A model generated the notes under the pieces. The model did no database searches, was not told the DNA's origin, and saw only the letters and a program-made list of their open reading frames with translations. Shown piece after piece: positions 50,589-64,000 of a DNA stretch of 64,000 nt; position 1 is the stretch's first letter; each line of letters opens with the position of its first letter. A program made the position numbers and the translations under genes. The DNA is taken from positions 94,736,001 through 94,800,000 of the forward strand of contig NC_042997.1 of assembly GCF_006345805.1 (NCBI RefSeq), given 5' to 3'. This DNA comes from Octopus sinensis (taxonomy: Eukaryota).

Positions 50589-51338
50589 AACACTGTTGTA
50601 CATACACGTACATTCACTTAGTGGGGAGTTATAGCACAGAACTATACGTTCTTCATAATATTTGTACAGATTAATTGTTTCTACTCTGGTATGACAAGAA
50701 ATTTTCGGTTCTGAAAATATATTTAGTTCTGAAGTTTGGTGGTTTAAGTAGAAGCTGAAGAACGAGAAGGCGGAGAAGGAGGGGAAGAAGATGAAGAAGA
50801 TGAAGAAGATGAAGAAGATGAAGAAGAGGAGGAAGAAGAAAAAAGGCGGGATTGGTATGACCCAGTAGCAGAGGTTGTCCGTGGTATCTAGATTAATTGT
50901 CAAGTGGCCTCAAAGTGACCTCTTCTTCCCTTCCTTCGTCTTTACCTTCTCATTCTTCGGCTGATGCTGCTTAACACTGTTGTACATACAAGTACATTCA
51001 CTTAGTGGAGAGTTATAACACAGAACTATACGTTCTTCATAATATTTGTACAGATTAATTGTTTCTACTCTGGTATGACAAGAAATTTTCGGTTCTGAAA
51101 ATATATTTAGTTCTGAAGTTTGGTGGCTTAAGTAGAAGCTGAAGAACGAGAAGGCGGAGAAGGAAGGGAAGAAGATGAAGAAGATGAAGCAGAGGAGGAA
51201 GAAGAAAAAAGGCGGGATTGGTATGACCCAGTAGCAGAGGTTGTCCGTGGTATCTAGATTAATTGTCAAGTGGCCTCAAAGTGACCTCTTCTTCCCTTCC
51301 TTCGTCTTTACCTTCTCATTCTTCGGCTGATGCTGCTT
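50589..51338 (+). repeat. Near-identical tandem duplication (384-bp + 366-bp units) containing a GAAGAT/GAA trinucleotide tract
   Basis: Both units start AACACTGTTGTACATAC (50589 and 50973) and end GGCTGATGCTGCTT. They differ by a handful of substitutions and an 18-bp difference in the GAAGAAGAT tract. Confidence 0.97.
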
Positions 51339-52779
51339 AAACCATCAAACTACAACCCTCAATCTTCAACCCCCATAAATGCAATTTTTCAGATCTGCAA
51401 GTACCTACCCTACGAATCTTCACAAAGAAAAGAGAGAGAATAAGAGAGGAGAGAGACAGAAAGACAGAAAGAAAAGAGGAAACTGTCCTACCTATTTGAA
51501 GACTATGCAAATATTTACCAAGCTTTGCATCCAATTTTTCTTCAATTTCATTTCTCAATAAATATCCACCTTTGTTTTACTCTTAGTTTAAAAAAAGCCG
51601 AAAAGACAAAAACAAGTACCAACCGTTACAAAATATATTTCATGTTAAACTTATTTTAGCATTTTCTAACTTATCTTATTTCCTTTTTTGTTTTTTTAAT
51701 TTTTACACATTTTCCTTGTTGCTATTGACTTTTCTATTCAGTTGGACTCACCATTGTGTTGTGAGTGACTTAGGAATTCCTTGCAGCAATGTAAACTTCA
51801 TTAAGTTAATCTAAGCCTGATGATTAGCTATAGTGAGAAGAGATTATTGTTTCAGACTTGCGTGGTGAGCGACAGCTAGTTAAGAAATGCTTGTGGCATG
51901 CATTTTACATTTTCTACTTACTCAGTTTGGAAATTTATACGGATTTTTAGCAGCATTATTTCCTAATACCGAGCAATGTAGAAACTGTCAGCTTATCAAA
52001 TTTCTATGCAACTTCAATATAGGAAAAAGGGTGTAACGCTCGATGTCAATACATTGGTATTGTTTTTTATCGTATGCTGTCCACTTTTCGCTTCCTATAC
52101 AGGCCACATACTGCTTGACGTTTACAAGCTGCCTACAATCCGAACCCTCTATCACACGCATATAAATAAATATGTATATATGTATATATACATATAGACA
52201 CAGATATACAACACGCACACGCATATATGTCTGTGTATCTTTACGTCTGTTTTTCCTCCAAATGAATAGAAACTGGAAAAGGATAGTTTAGCTTACCGTA
52301 ACTTAGCAATTTAATAGAAAACCCCCGGAATAAGTATAAAACTTCAAAAATATGTATCTGTATCAAGACGATGTCCTAGCATGACCATAGTATAATGCCT
52401 AAAACACGTAAAAGAGAAAAAGAACATAGTTATCCTGTATTGTACTATTTCATGTTTTAGAAATGATCAGCATGATATCCGGTGGATATTAAAAAATAAA
52501 CATATGAAAAGCCCAACGAGGATACTTTTGTGGCCCTAGTTTCATGTAATCAAAATTTAGATACAATACTTGATTAAAACATAAGATGCACTGCGTTTAT
52601 TTATTTAAAAGTGCGACAGAAAAATACGAAGGAATTGTCATGCTCAGGTTCATCAGCTTATTAACGCGAATTCCTTTACAATTTATATTCATATTCACTA
52701 AGACGATAAATCAGATTTTATGTATATACATATATATACAGATATACACATGCACATAAATACATACATACATATACAT

Positions 52780-52813
<34 letters not shown>

Positions 52814-53159
52814 TCATATATTGTAATGGAGAAAGCTGCTTATTAATTAGGTGTCTAATAATTACTAAGAAAAGCAATATTAAAAACTTGACCGTCTGGA
52901 AATATTTTTATAAATTCATGTTTTAAGAACTCTATTATTTCGATTTCTAAAGTTTATTGAATTTTTAAAACTCCAAATTCTCGCAAATTTAAATATTCAT
53001 TGCATTCATTACGGAATGGATTTTAATGTTTAATAATAAACGATATTAATTTGTCGCAGGCAACATTTTACGTTTTTATTTACAACAGTTACTCATTCTC
53101 GCTCGCCTCCATTTTCATTAATGATAATTCGATAATAGCTATATAACCTTGATATGAGG

Positions 53160-53400
53160 CGCAATGTCAAGAAAAATTATCAGCTTCCGGGGTTTGATAA
53201 ATTAATATTTTTGATAAAATGAAAATTTCTTAATATACAGGTATAATTTTTAAGTGATTTTGTGTTGAATGCATGATATTATACAAAATTGCTGTATAAC
53301 TTTGATACAATTCACAATTTCAAGAAAATTATAAGTTTCCGGAGTTTGTTAAATTAATATTTTTGATAAAATGAAAATTCTTTAATAAACATATAAACGA
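53160..53400 (+). repeat. Diverged direct repeat, period ~150 bp
   Basis: TTCCGGGGTTTGATAAATTAATATTTTTGATAAAATGAAAATT (~53186) and TTCCGGAGTTTGTTAAATTAATATTTTTGATAAAATGAAAATT (~53337). Confidence 0.85.
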
Positions 53401-53689
53401 AGAAGTGATTTTGCTGATATTGCTGCTCGGAACGCTATAAGCCTTACAATAATAACCATGTGATTGTAGCTATTTCTAGCATTCTAAACAAGAGAGGTTT
53501 TAACGAGCTTTCACTTATACAATTTTTTCATTTCATGTTTATTTTCATTCAATATTTGCAATATTCTCTCCACCTTGCTTTCTCTCTCTCTCTCACACCA
53601 AACACACTCGCACTGTCTCTCTAATATAAACACACACACTCCCAGTTTAATTTCGTTATTACACTAATATAACATTTGAATTTTGCAAT

Positions 53690-53880
53690 TCAACATGGGG
53701 CGTCGAAAAAATAGGCGATTGGAGAACAAAATTTAGCAGCAAAGGCACAACGGCAGAGAGACGGGCAACTGAATCAGATGAAACCAGGGCAAAGCGACTG
53801 AAACATATATCTGAATATGCATGGAGACGTAAACATGAATCTGTTTTCGCTACACATGACCGACTGGTTAGGGTATCTTG
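53690..53880 (+). mobile_element. Possible Helitron RepHel N-terminal charged-repeat relic
   Basis: The frame RRATESDETRAKRLKHISEYAWRRKHES resembles the R/E-rich 'RRA.ET.E.R..RL' N-termini of RepHel proteins. It follows an ATG GGG CGT CGA AAA start. Confidence 0.35.
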
Positions 53881-53924
53881 AGGGGGAGATTATTCTAGTT
53901 CTATATTTCAGAGATGAGGAATTA

Positions 53925-54185
53925 CGTACATTATTTACATTATTTACTTGTCTTCATCTTGCTAGTTGTTGACACAACGTTTCAGCTGATATGCTCTCCC
54001 GCCTTCATCGGGTGTCATGGGGAAATTTCGAACCTGGGTTCTCATTACTAATGTATTTTCCGATGTTGCTGTTGTTATTATTATTATTATTATTATTATT
54101 AATATTGTTATTATTATTACTATTATTATTATTATTGTTATTACTGTTGTTATTATTATTATTATTATAATTATTGTTATTATTG

Positions 54186-54239
<54 letters not shown>

Positions 54240-54240
54240 G
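53925..54240 (-). mobile_element. Solo PLE 3'-terminal module with expanded (AAT)n and a mutated hammerhead (53971-54016)
   Basis: Homologous to 46455-46710. The core reads CCGATGA instead of CTGATGA, and stem I GACAC/GTGTC is fully Watson-Crick. Confidence 0.85.
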
Positions 54241-55239
54241 TTGGGTTTGAAAGTAACATTCATAAAGAAAATATTTCTAGAATACTAAGTACAGCACCAG
54301 GAAATTCCTACCTAGTAAAATCAGAAAATATTTTACTGTCATTGCTATCCATAAAACTAAAGTTGATGAAAGTATTTGTTAGAAATTGAAATAGTGTACG
54401 TGTATTCTTCTTATCTCTGTAGAAAATTTATGCTCTAAGTGAAGAGAAATTGAAAGGCAGTAACTTTAGAACGCATATAAAAAGAACATTGGCAAAAGAA
54501 TTAACCACTTGTAAGTTAACTTAAAACTTTTGAGAAAATTGCATGCATAATGTTTACAGAAGCTGAGTAATATGCTTTTTGGTCAATAGATAAGCACAAA
54601 ATCATGAAATATGTTGCATAATTCATTTCAAATCGTAGAATGTAATATGGGTTTTAAGCTGCATTCCATCGGCCATCGTTTACATTACTTTCATACGAAT
54701 TTAAACATTTCAAACAGCATTTAAAAAATGTAGTAAAATACGGCTATGTATTTATGGTGCCTGTCATGGAAACAAAAGCGACGTGAGAAAGCCTCTCAAT
54801 AAAACAGGTGCACTTGCCGAACCTAAATTGAATTTACACTTGTGATGCACACATTCAAACATTATATTTGATATCTACGCTCAACAGTGCAGCTTAGAAA
54901 TATTTATGAAACCATTCTATTTTAAGCACAAGAATAGAAACTTTGAGGTTGGCGGCGAGGTTAGTCAGTTACATCACACCATGTACTTGAACGCTCCTTT
55001 GCTTTGAGAATCCAGTTGTACAGTAAGACAAATTCACCGTACCCTTGGTCAAATATTCAAAGTAGAGCCGGAGGAAATTCACAAAATATTTGTACGTTGT
55101 TCTAATGATTCTGATGACCTATTGCCCTCGTTATTTAGAAACAAACAATAGTAACCGTTATTCTTAAGCCTTTAGAAAATCTTTGATTAAGTTTCACTTT
55201 TTATTTTATATATATATATATATATATAATTAAGGGAGA

Positions 55240-55810
55240 AGAGCGCTAAGCTCTAATGTGTATTAATACAAACTTGTTACCAATTCAAATATGCTTGGGG
55301 CATATTCGAACCCGTAAGGAAACAATTCGCTGTATTTTGTTATGGAGAAAGATTTTCGCTGTAGACAGATAGGTGTAAACACATCCAGTCACTTCAGAGC
55401 CCACCTAAGCTAAACTGTTAGATGAATGCATTTCAGAAAGTGTATGTCCTCTTCAATAAGAGAAACCGGATAAGCAGAGGCTGAAAACTCACTCGGGAGA
55501 CAGATCTTTCTTAGTATATTCCTGCCGTTGTAGTATGACTAGCGTAGCCGTAAATGAAATACGGAGCGAGAGCGCTAAGTAGTGGTGTGTAGGAATAAAA
55601 ACTTGCTGCCGGTTCAAACTTAAGTCACGCATATTCGAAACGTAAGAAAATAATTCACTGTATTTTGTTATGGAGATAAATTCTCGATGTGGAGAGATAA
55701 GTGTAAGCACGTCAGTCAGTTAGCAGCGCTCAAAACCCATACTGCTGGATGCATTCGTTTCGGAGTGGTTAGGTCCTCCACAGCAACAGAAACGGAAAAG
55801 GCAGAGACTG
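55240..55810 (+). repeat. Old diverged tandem duplication, offset ~329 bp
   Basis: AGAGCGCTAAG..AAACTTG..GCATATTCGAA..CTGTATTTTGTTATGGAGA..GATA(A/G)GTGTAA..GATG(A)ATGCATT occurs at ~55240-55490 and ~55570-55810. Confidence 0.75.
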
Positions 55811-56295
55811 GTACTTATGTAATCGACCCCAAATGATGAAAGGCAAAGCGTTTTTTTCTCAGCCTGCAACGGCTTCTGCCAGCTCGCTGCCTATGTATTT
55901 ATGCTGTAATATTGGTTTCAAATTTTGGCACAAGGCTAGCTAGTTCAGTTGAACACTGGGGTCGATGTAATCGACTTACAATCTTCCCAAACTTGCTGGC
56001 GTTGTGCTAAAATTTGAAATAAATACTGAATTAAAATTTTGGCAAGAGGCCGGCTTTTGAAACCAATGTTACTAAAAAACAACACTGATTAAGGATGCGA
56101 AATGGCAGCATCGATAGCACGCTGGGCAAAATGCTGACCTGTATTTCGTCCGTTTTACGTTCAAATTCCGCCGAGGCCGACTCTGATTTTCATCCTCCGT
56201 GGTCAACAAAATAATTACCAGAAGAACACTGGAGCTGAAATAATCGAATTACAATTTCTCCCTAAATTACTTGCATCGTGCCAAAATTTACAACA
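55805..56295. mobile_element. Cluster of SINE family A pieces (minus ~55805-55885; plus ~55910-56020 and ~56095-56295)
   Basis: ATCGACCCCAAATGATGAAAGGCAAAG, GAACACTGGGGTCGATGTAATCGACTTA and TTCAAATTCCGCCGAGGCCGACTCTGATTTTCATCC. Confidence 0.75.
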
Positions 56296-57115
56296 AATAT
56301 TAAAATCCAATTTTCTTATATATATTTATTTAATTACGCATCAACTTTAAATCCGAATTATCTAGAACCATATTCTTCATTCAAGGGAATTGTCCCGTCT
56401 TACTTGAACCTTGTTTATTACATTGCCTTACTTTTTCAGATTAATCTGGCTACCTTGTCTCACTCACTTCAGTCCTATTTCTTTCTACAAAGACTAAACA
56501 ACAAATTTATTGTTTCCATCATCACTATATGTTGTTCGACTTGCTCTTCATACTATTCTTTACCTTTCATTTACAATGGCCAAGGAACACCCAGCTTTCG
56601 GACCACATTTATAAGTGACGATAACATTTGAATTCTCAACTCATATTGTTTGGATTTTATCTCTAAAATTTAAACTTACCCTAATATCTGAAAAATTTTG
56701 TAATGAAAGAAACGAGACTAATTATACAAGTTTTCAAAACACAAAAAAATTCATTGTTTGTATTGAAAATTATGCATCAGATTTCACGTTTCCTCACAGA
56801 ACAACTTGCATTAGAAACATTACAAAGTAAAATATATACGTACATAAATACAAACACACATACATATATACACACAGACACAGACACACTCACATACACT
56901 CATATATAGTGAGAAGGGAAGATGAGAGATTGCTTTTATGTTTAACAACACTGTCTTACGTACGTTACGTAAACAAACTCATCATTAGTTATGTAAATTT
57001 TATACGTAACATTATTGAATTAAATCTATATCAGAGTTCACTAACGTGGAGATGGTTACCAGCTGTACAAGTGCTAGTAGAATGACAGGGGAGAAAACAC
57101 AGGCATATATGCATA

Positions 57116-57151
<36 letters not shown>

Positions 57152-57169
57152 TGTATATATATGCATATA

Positions 57170-57218
<49 letters not shown>

Positions 57219-57729
57219 CAGAATGAGATAAAAAAAACCAAAGCTGTGAAAGATTTCAGAACATTTATATAGAGGTCTTATTGCTATTTCCAGCACATGT
57301 TATATATCCCTACATCAGAGACGGTGCGAGAAAATGTTATTATAGAGAAGATATGAAATGCAGAGTGAAGTGGAGGAATGAAAACAGGTGTGAAACACGT
57401 AAGGATATTCTGTCAGTAATTCCATTGTTTAAGCAGAATGGTATATATATAAGACTCCTTTACCCTGTGTGTGCTGTAACGATATATAGAATATCCCGGA
57501 AGCAGCTGTAAGACCTATTTATGAATGTCCTGAAATCTTTCACAGCCTTGGGGTTTTGTTTATCACATTCTGGTAATTTTTATTACATATGCATGCTAAT
57601 AATTGACCTAAGTTGGACTCCGCATAATCACCGAAACTGGAGCTTAACTATAGTCTTTCAATAGCACTTACTCAACATCACCTGACTCCTTTCGGTCTTT
57701 CTGACGATATTACCTCTCATAACCTCAAT

Positions 57730-57825
57730 ATGTATGTATATATGTATATGTATTTACGCGTATGTATACGGATATGCATACAGAAATACAGAAACATGTG
57801 CGTGTCTATATCTATATCTATATCC

Positions 57826-57880
<55 letters not shown>

Positions 57881-57999
57881 ATAAATATATATGTATATGT
57901 ATGCATATACATGTGCGTGTCTATATCTATAACTATATCCATATGTATGTATATATATACATTCACATATATATATATATAATATATATATATATATAT

Positions 58000-58040
<41 letters not shown>

Positions 58041-58085
58041 CTGTGTGTGTATACGTATGTATGTATATATATATATATATATATC
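57730..58085. repeat. Compound TA/TG microsatellite
   Basis: Directly visible. Confidence 0.95.
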
Positions 58086-61000
58086 ATCAACTTCACCAGG
58101 GGACACAAAAAATGAAGAGTACGTACCTAAAGAATGCTTATCTATTGACATGTTAATGAAATTAATTCTAAATAAAATGATTATAATAGTCGGTGCTGGG
58201 ATGCATCTGATTATATGTCATTCTGGTGATGGGTGACCTGTTTCTGTCCAACAACAACAACAAATGATTTGACGTGTCATATCAGGGAACCTCTACACTG
58301 TCACGAAGCCCACTAGAAATTTCAGTCTCACCTTAATGAAACCGTACACAGCTATTCTAATGTTGTAATGTCATATCTAATACTAACAGACCTAGAAATG
58401 AAACAAAATCAGAAATTCAAAATGTTTAACGATGCGTTAATCAACAGTGAGCCAAGACAATGATAGTGAAAATGAGAATTAATGATCCGAAGAAAAGTAA
58501 CATATATTGCAAAAATAGGATAGAAAATTTATTCCTTGAATAATTAACTTTTAAGCGATTGCAGAGTGGAAAACAGAGGTTAGCCATTCAGAGACGCAGA
58601 AAAACTTCAAGCAAATATTTATTCATTAAAACGTGTCAAAATCTTCTTCGCTTGAAACTGATGAAAAAAATGTGCTGCACAATTTGTTATACAAGTACAC
58701 CTCCTTAATTAATTTTAAAATGTTACTAAAGTAATGTAATGTTTAATTCATTATTATATCACATTTGATGATCAAGGAAACCTTTCAGAGTCGTACATCA
58801 ATATCTACTCAGTTTATCTATTTAATATCGAAATTTTGAAAGTTCCTCAGCCGAAAAAGAGAAAAGTTGGAGAGGTTTCCTTTTTGTCTAATTTGTTTTC
58901 TAATGAAAATGATTTTACAGATGATATATGTATACGAATATATGATAATTATAACTTTTCATTGAATTGCACAGGCTATATAATGTATACTGAATCTATC
59001 AAGTAATTTATAATATATTAAAATAAATACTTTGAAATTTACTCTTACATTAATTGTTCTATGAATTCGAGTAATTAAATGTTTATGGATATAAACTTTA
59101 ATGTTTATAACTCAATTAATATTCTTTTATCTTTTGATCGAAAGTTCTGAATCAGTTTCTAACAAGTTTGTTTCCGAAAATCGTTCACAACTAATTCAAT
59201 AATTATTGAATTTTCTGAAAATGAAGTGCTGTAAGAGAAGATAATATATGATAATTTTGGATAAGTACATGAACCATATTCTATATTTTGCAGGTGCAAA
59301 TATGCGAAATAACTGAAGTTTGTTATTTTAATGTTATATATTAGAGTATCGATAAGAAAAAGAATTCAAACCTCCAAATCTTTGGGGTTTGAACTTAGAA
59401 TATAGAGTATCTACGCTTGTCCATCATGATGTCATTTTAGTTAAAGTACACATCCCATGAAATGCTCTTTGACGGTTTATGAGATATTTTATTCAGTTTA
59501 GTGTATATATTTATAAAGGTTGCCACAGTTTTCTTAATGCTGTGTAAGTTTATAAAATTCAACCTGAATGCTGTTATAAACCTGTTGATCTCCATCATTA
59601 AAATGTCGCTGGAGGCTGCGAAATAATAATTGCAATGAATATCATATATATTTATATACAACAAATGAGATGCACACACAAATATCTATAGCTATTTCGC
59701 ATTAAAGTTTAGTATTACTTCAATATATATATGTTTCTTTCCTTTGAAGACTAATTCAAATATTTCAGTTGTACTAAAAAATAATGACAAAAAAGTCACA
59801 AAATTCAGAGTGATGCGTGCTTATACCATCATTTGAAGTTCTGGTATCATCGATAATACGATTAATTATTCTCGGAAAAAATGCCACACATATCTTTAAA
59901 TAAGCCACTTAAAAAATTAAATCTAGAGCAATTTGACACTTTGAAGAGTGATTGGAAATAGGACACCTGAACACTATATCTTGATAAAAGACATGTACAA
60001 CAGGAAATAGTTTTAACTGAGATGCAATGATTAACATGCGTATATAGCTAAAACGATGAGGGAGCTCTAGAATGATACGAAGAAAAATATATTCAACTTC
60101 TCTTAATATTGAGGTCCAGTTGTTATATAATAGATGTTTTGATGTTTATCTCTATTACTGAGAGTAGTTCAGACGTATATTATTGAAATAGAACGTCTCT
60201 GCATCTCTACGTATGCAATTAACTGTTCAGTTTTCAATCACAAAAGCGTTTATTTCCTTTCTGCAACTAGGTATTACCTATTCCTCCGTATCCTTTTTTT
60301 TTACATTCACCCTTTCTATATTCCTGTTCCGCACACGTGGAAATAATACTGATGTGGAACTGAAGTCGCAAAATGCAAAAAAAAAAAGAGAATATCACCT
60401 CACACTAACGTATTTTCTAGTAATTCTTTTAGCGACATTAACACTTTTCTGCATTTATATAATAATTTATATAATTATTGCCCAATAACATCGTTTGGTT
60501 TTCAGTCTTTCCACGATTATATTAATAAATATTGCTAAGCATATCTTCAACATGTATTATCTGAATACAAGGGCGATATGTATTCAAAGAAAACTAATAA
60601 AATATAAATATAGATACACACATTTATATTTGTGCGTTTATACATACAGATATATTTATGAATATGTATGGAAAACTGCGTAGTAAATAACACAGTTTAC
60701 TTATATCAGGTGTGTATGTACACAAACATAGAAGTTATTAATTTATCTGTAAATGTGGAGCTGTAAACAGCTCCACACGACTTTCAAAAATAGATAAGAT
60801 GGGAAAATAAAATAGTTCACGAATCTTAGATGGTTTGCTCTTCTCGTTTCCACTTTATTATGTATTATAACCAATACCTCTTCTAAAGTTCCTATATATA
60901 TTACACATTAACACATCATGGCTTCAATAATAAATAGTATCTTCTTACATGATAAAATGTTTTCTATGCGGTTAGATTAAAATCCATTTTAAACAGAACC

Positions 61001-64000
61001 AAATGAAATGATTATCGCCATACGAATCGGAGTCAAAATGTACCTCTGAAAATGCATATGGAATAGGTCACAGTACCTAATGCTGCCAGTCCTATTTACA
61101 GAGGAATAAATAATGTCTATGAGACTACGAGCATCTCTATGAGTTTAAGTACTTTCTCGTTCCAAGCATCTTGCAACCACAGCGCATCATTATAATCAAG
61201 TGTTTTCTATCATAGTCCCAATTTGGCTGATGTGTGAAGTAACATTTGGTAGACTCTTATTGCGTGCTAGCCCGTTGAGTACACAAGCACACACGCGCAC
61301 ACATACACACGCGCACACAAACATACGTGCATAAACTCACACACACATAGTTGTAATTAATTATTATATATTATGTTGTTATGTTAATACTTAACATCTC
61401 AGCACATCATAATCATAAACGATTCAATACTATGTTCACCGAACTCGACAAAAATGATCGTTTATAAGATGCCAAATGTAAGGGATCCATGAATAAAAAA
61501 AAATGAAATTCACAGAACTAAAATTAGCAAAAGAAATGGTCATTGTTTCTCATTTGGATATAACTTGCTCATTCAATAAACAGGCAGACATTCTTCTTAT
61601 TCTTATCAGTCTCTTAGAATATTTGATGTATTTGTATTCGACTTTTGATTTGACATGTCCTCATGTACAGTTTCCAAAATTAAATTATCACTATTATTAC
61701 AGGAGAAATTATAGTTGTTTATGTCGGACGATGGCACGTATAAAGATTTTCAGTTTTAATCAAAGTTATATTGATTCTCGAATTCATGAGCTTAAAATAG
61801 ACCAGTTGCTGAGATTCTATGATGCCTCTAGCTTGCTAAATGAATTCGGACGTGGTAGTAAGTACTTCAAACATTTGTAAGTTTTCAACAGGATTATCTT
61901 TAGATGGCCAAATATATACTTAAGGTATATTGATATTTTAGAAGAAACCCAATTAGAAAGAAATTATGCTAATGCTGGAGAATTAAAGATAAACTTTTCC
62001 CTAGTATAATATGTGTAAAATTAAATAATCTGTTACAAGGTAATAGTATTTTTTAAAGCAAGTAAGACTTCTTAGTACTATTCTTTAATCCAATTGCTGG
62101 CATTATTCGTAAGTAAATATTTTTCATATTGCCTCATTTAATGTAACTCATCGCTTGGTGACAAATGGCGAATTTCCTCTTTAGACTTTGGAATGTTCCA
62201 TTTACAAAACAGAAAAACAGAAAAAACATCCCAAATATTCGACGCATTCAAATTATATGACGCATTTACCATAAACAACCTTGGAAGAATTAATGAAGTG
62301 AATAATAATAATAACAAAGAATAATAAATTGAGAATATTCAAGACGTAAGGTAAATACAGGCGTGTAATAATTTAATTAAACAATACTGTAAATGTTGGT
62401 TAACTGTTGCTCATTTTAATAATACTAAAACTCTAGAGAGGTTTGTTTGTACGCGAGATATCTCAGAAATAATATATTTTCCTGAATTCTTTTGCTTATT
62501 TTCGGCAATGCAGCACAAATTTTTGTGATATTTGAAACTCTGTTTATTAATGAAAACGATTAAACATAATTTTTGCTTGTTATTTCTTGGTGAAAAAAAA
62601 AACATAGCTTCCATGACGTTAATACACATACACACATACAGAATACACACATATATAATGAATATCATGGCGTGTCAATCAACACAAACACACATCCGCT
62701 ATCTGTGACACACACACTCATAGTCTTCGCGCTCTTTAAGGAAAAAAAAGAACGTCAACATTTTGACGTAGACAATATTTAGAAATATTTTTAGCTGTGT
62801 GTGATTTCAAAAATGTAAGTTGTTTGTACAACAGGTATTTATATTTTAGCCTTTTTAAACCATGTTTTACTGTTTTATTGGCAGGGATATACCTCTTCGT
62901 TTACTTCCACATTAGAAAATGTGTTATCTTCCTTCTGTAACACCTATATACTTTTCAATTTTTATGCAGGTTTATAAAGTGAGCGTAATTTCTTGTGGAT
63001 ATTTTCGTCTTTTGGTATACTCCTCAAAATTTTGAACAAAATATGTCTTCTGCCTTTCATTGCCTTAAGTCGTTGAACTCAAACCGTCGGAAGTTGGTAC
63101 ATTCTCGAGTGTTAAGCAAATTATAATTCACAGTTTGGCATCATCACTATCTTTTCATCTGGTGAATAGAGAAACACAGACGGACGTAGATATAATCACA
63201 ACTCACACATACATGTACATATATGTGTGTATATGTGTGCATGTATGTGAGTAGCACGCTGTGAAGTTATACATAGCTTTGCAAGATATCGATACACATT
63301 AAAGCTTGCCTGTTGTCAAATATCTCGCCTTTTGTCAAATATCGCTCATTTCTTATAAATGTAAATGAAATGACAACTCTGGATTGTGAAATTCGCTGTT
63401 GAATATTTGTAATAATGGATTATAAAAAAATACACGTATCCAGATTCAATCATCAATGTCATCATAAAAAGTGAGTCTTACTATGTTAAATGATAGGTTT
63501 TCAGAGGCTTTTGATAAAATGATGATCCATTTTGAAGTTATATAATAGGCTCATGAAACTAGACGAGAAGAATAAAATGAATTTATTTGCATTTTCGGGT
63601 AAATATGAAATGTTGCAGCTGAAAATCATATCTAATATTGAAGAGCACTATTTTTTATTGCATTAAAATTTCCCTGCATGATAATATACAGTCAGAATAC
63701 CCAATAAACCTGTTATGTAATATTCATCTAAACAATAGGCTGAAAATCTATAAATGACTTAGTCCGTTAATATATAGGAATACGTAAATTTCTTATATCA
63801 TTTTCTGAAAAATATATTATGTATGACTTTCTCAAGGAAGTACTTAACAGCGAGAGAACTGAATATGATTTTGCGTGATTTTTCTATATTTCTCAAAACA
63901 AAAAATAATAAATTCCGTTACTTCCCGTCAAGCTATTTCTGCACTCTACGTATAAGAGTTTACTATTAATGCATTAAAAAACATATAATTTTAATGCTAG

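Noticed and set aside
50577-51269. F-rich minus-strand ORFs of 108 and 119 aa
   Set aside because: They are antisense readings of the GAA/GAT repeat inside the tandem duplication.
58332-58391. 60-nt minus-strand segment with strong acceptor (TTTCATTTCTAG|G) and donor (AAG|GTGAGA)
   Set aside because: All three frames contain stops. At best it is a UTR or lncRNA exon, and it shows that good splice sites arise by chance here.

Overview
This is a strongly AT-rich, repeat-saturated eukaryotic window with no intact long ORF. Its repeat families match those I recall from coleoid cephalopods, most likely Octopus (inference from recall, no search run). Most of it reads as intron or intergenic DNA. 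It holds decayed Tc1/mariner transposons, at least five Penelope-like element (PLE) relics with RT or GIY-YIG remnants, Helitron derivatives with canonical hairpin+CTAG 3' ends, an L1/Tx1-like RT relic, two tRNA-derived SINE families, several fold-back elements and many TA/CA/ATT microsatellites. Nearly all ORFs in the supplied track are microsatellite or antisense artefacts. The most notable signal is a set of minimal type I hammerhead-ribozyme motifs from several unrelated PLE 3'-end families. One family places a tRNA-like Pol III unit and an (AAT)n tract upstream of the hammerhead, and its hammerhead end also occurs as solo copies. Other points of interest: a perfect ~395-bp palindrome, a mariner made of two 5' ends, a twin-priming-like RT inversion, and GC-richer islands with canonical splice sites that may be exons of an unidentified host gene (low confidence).
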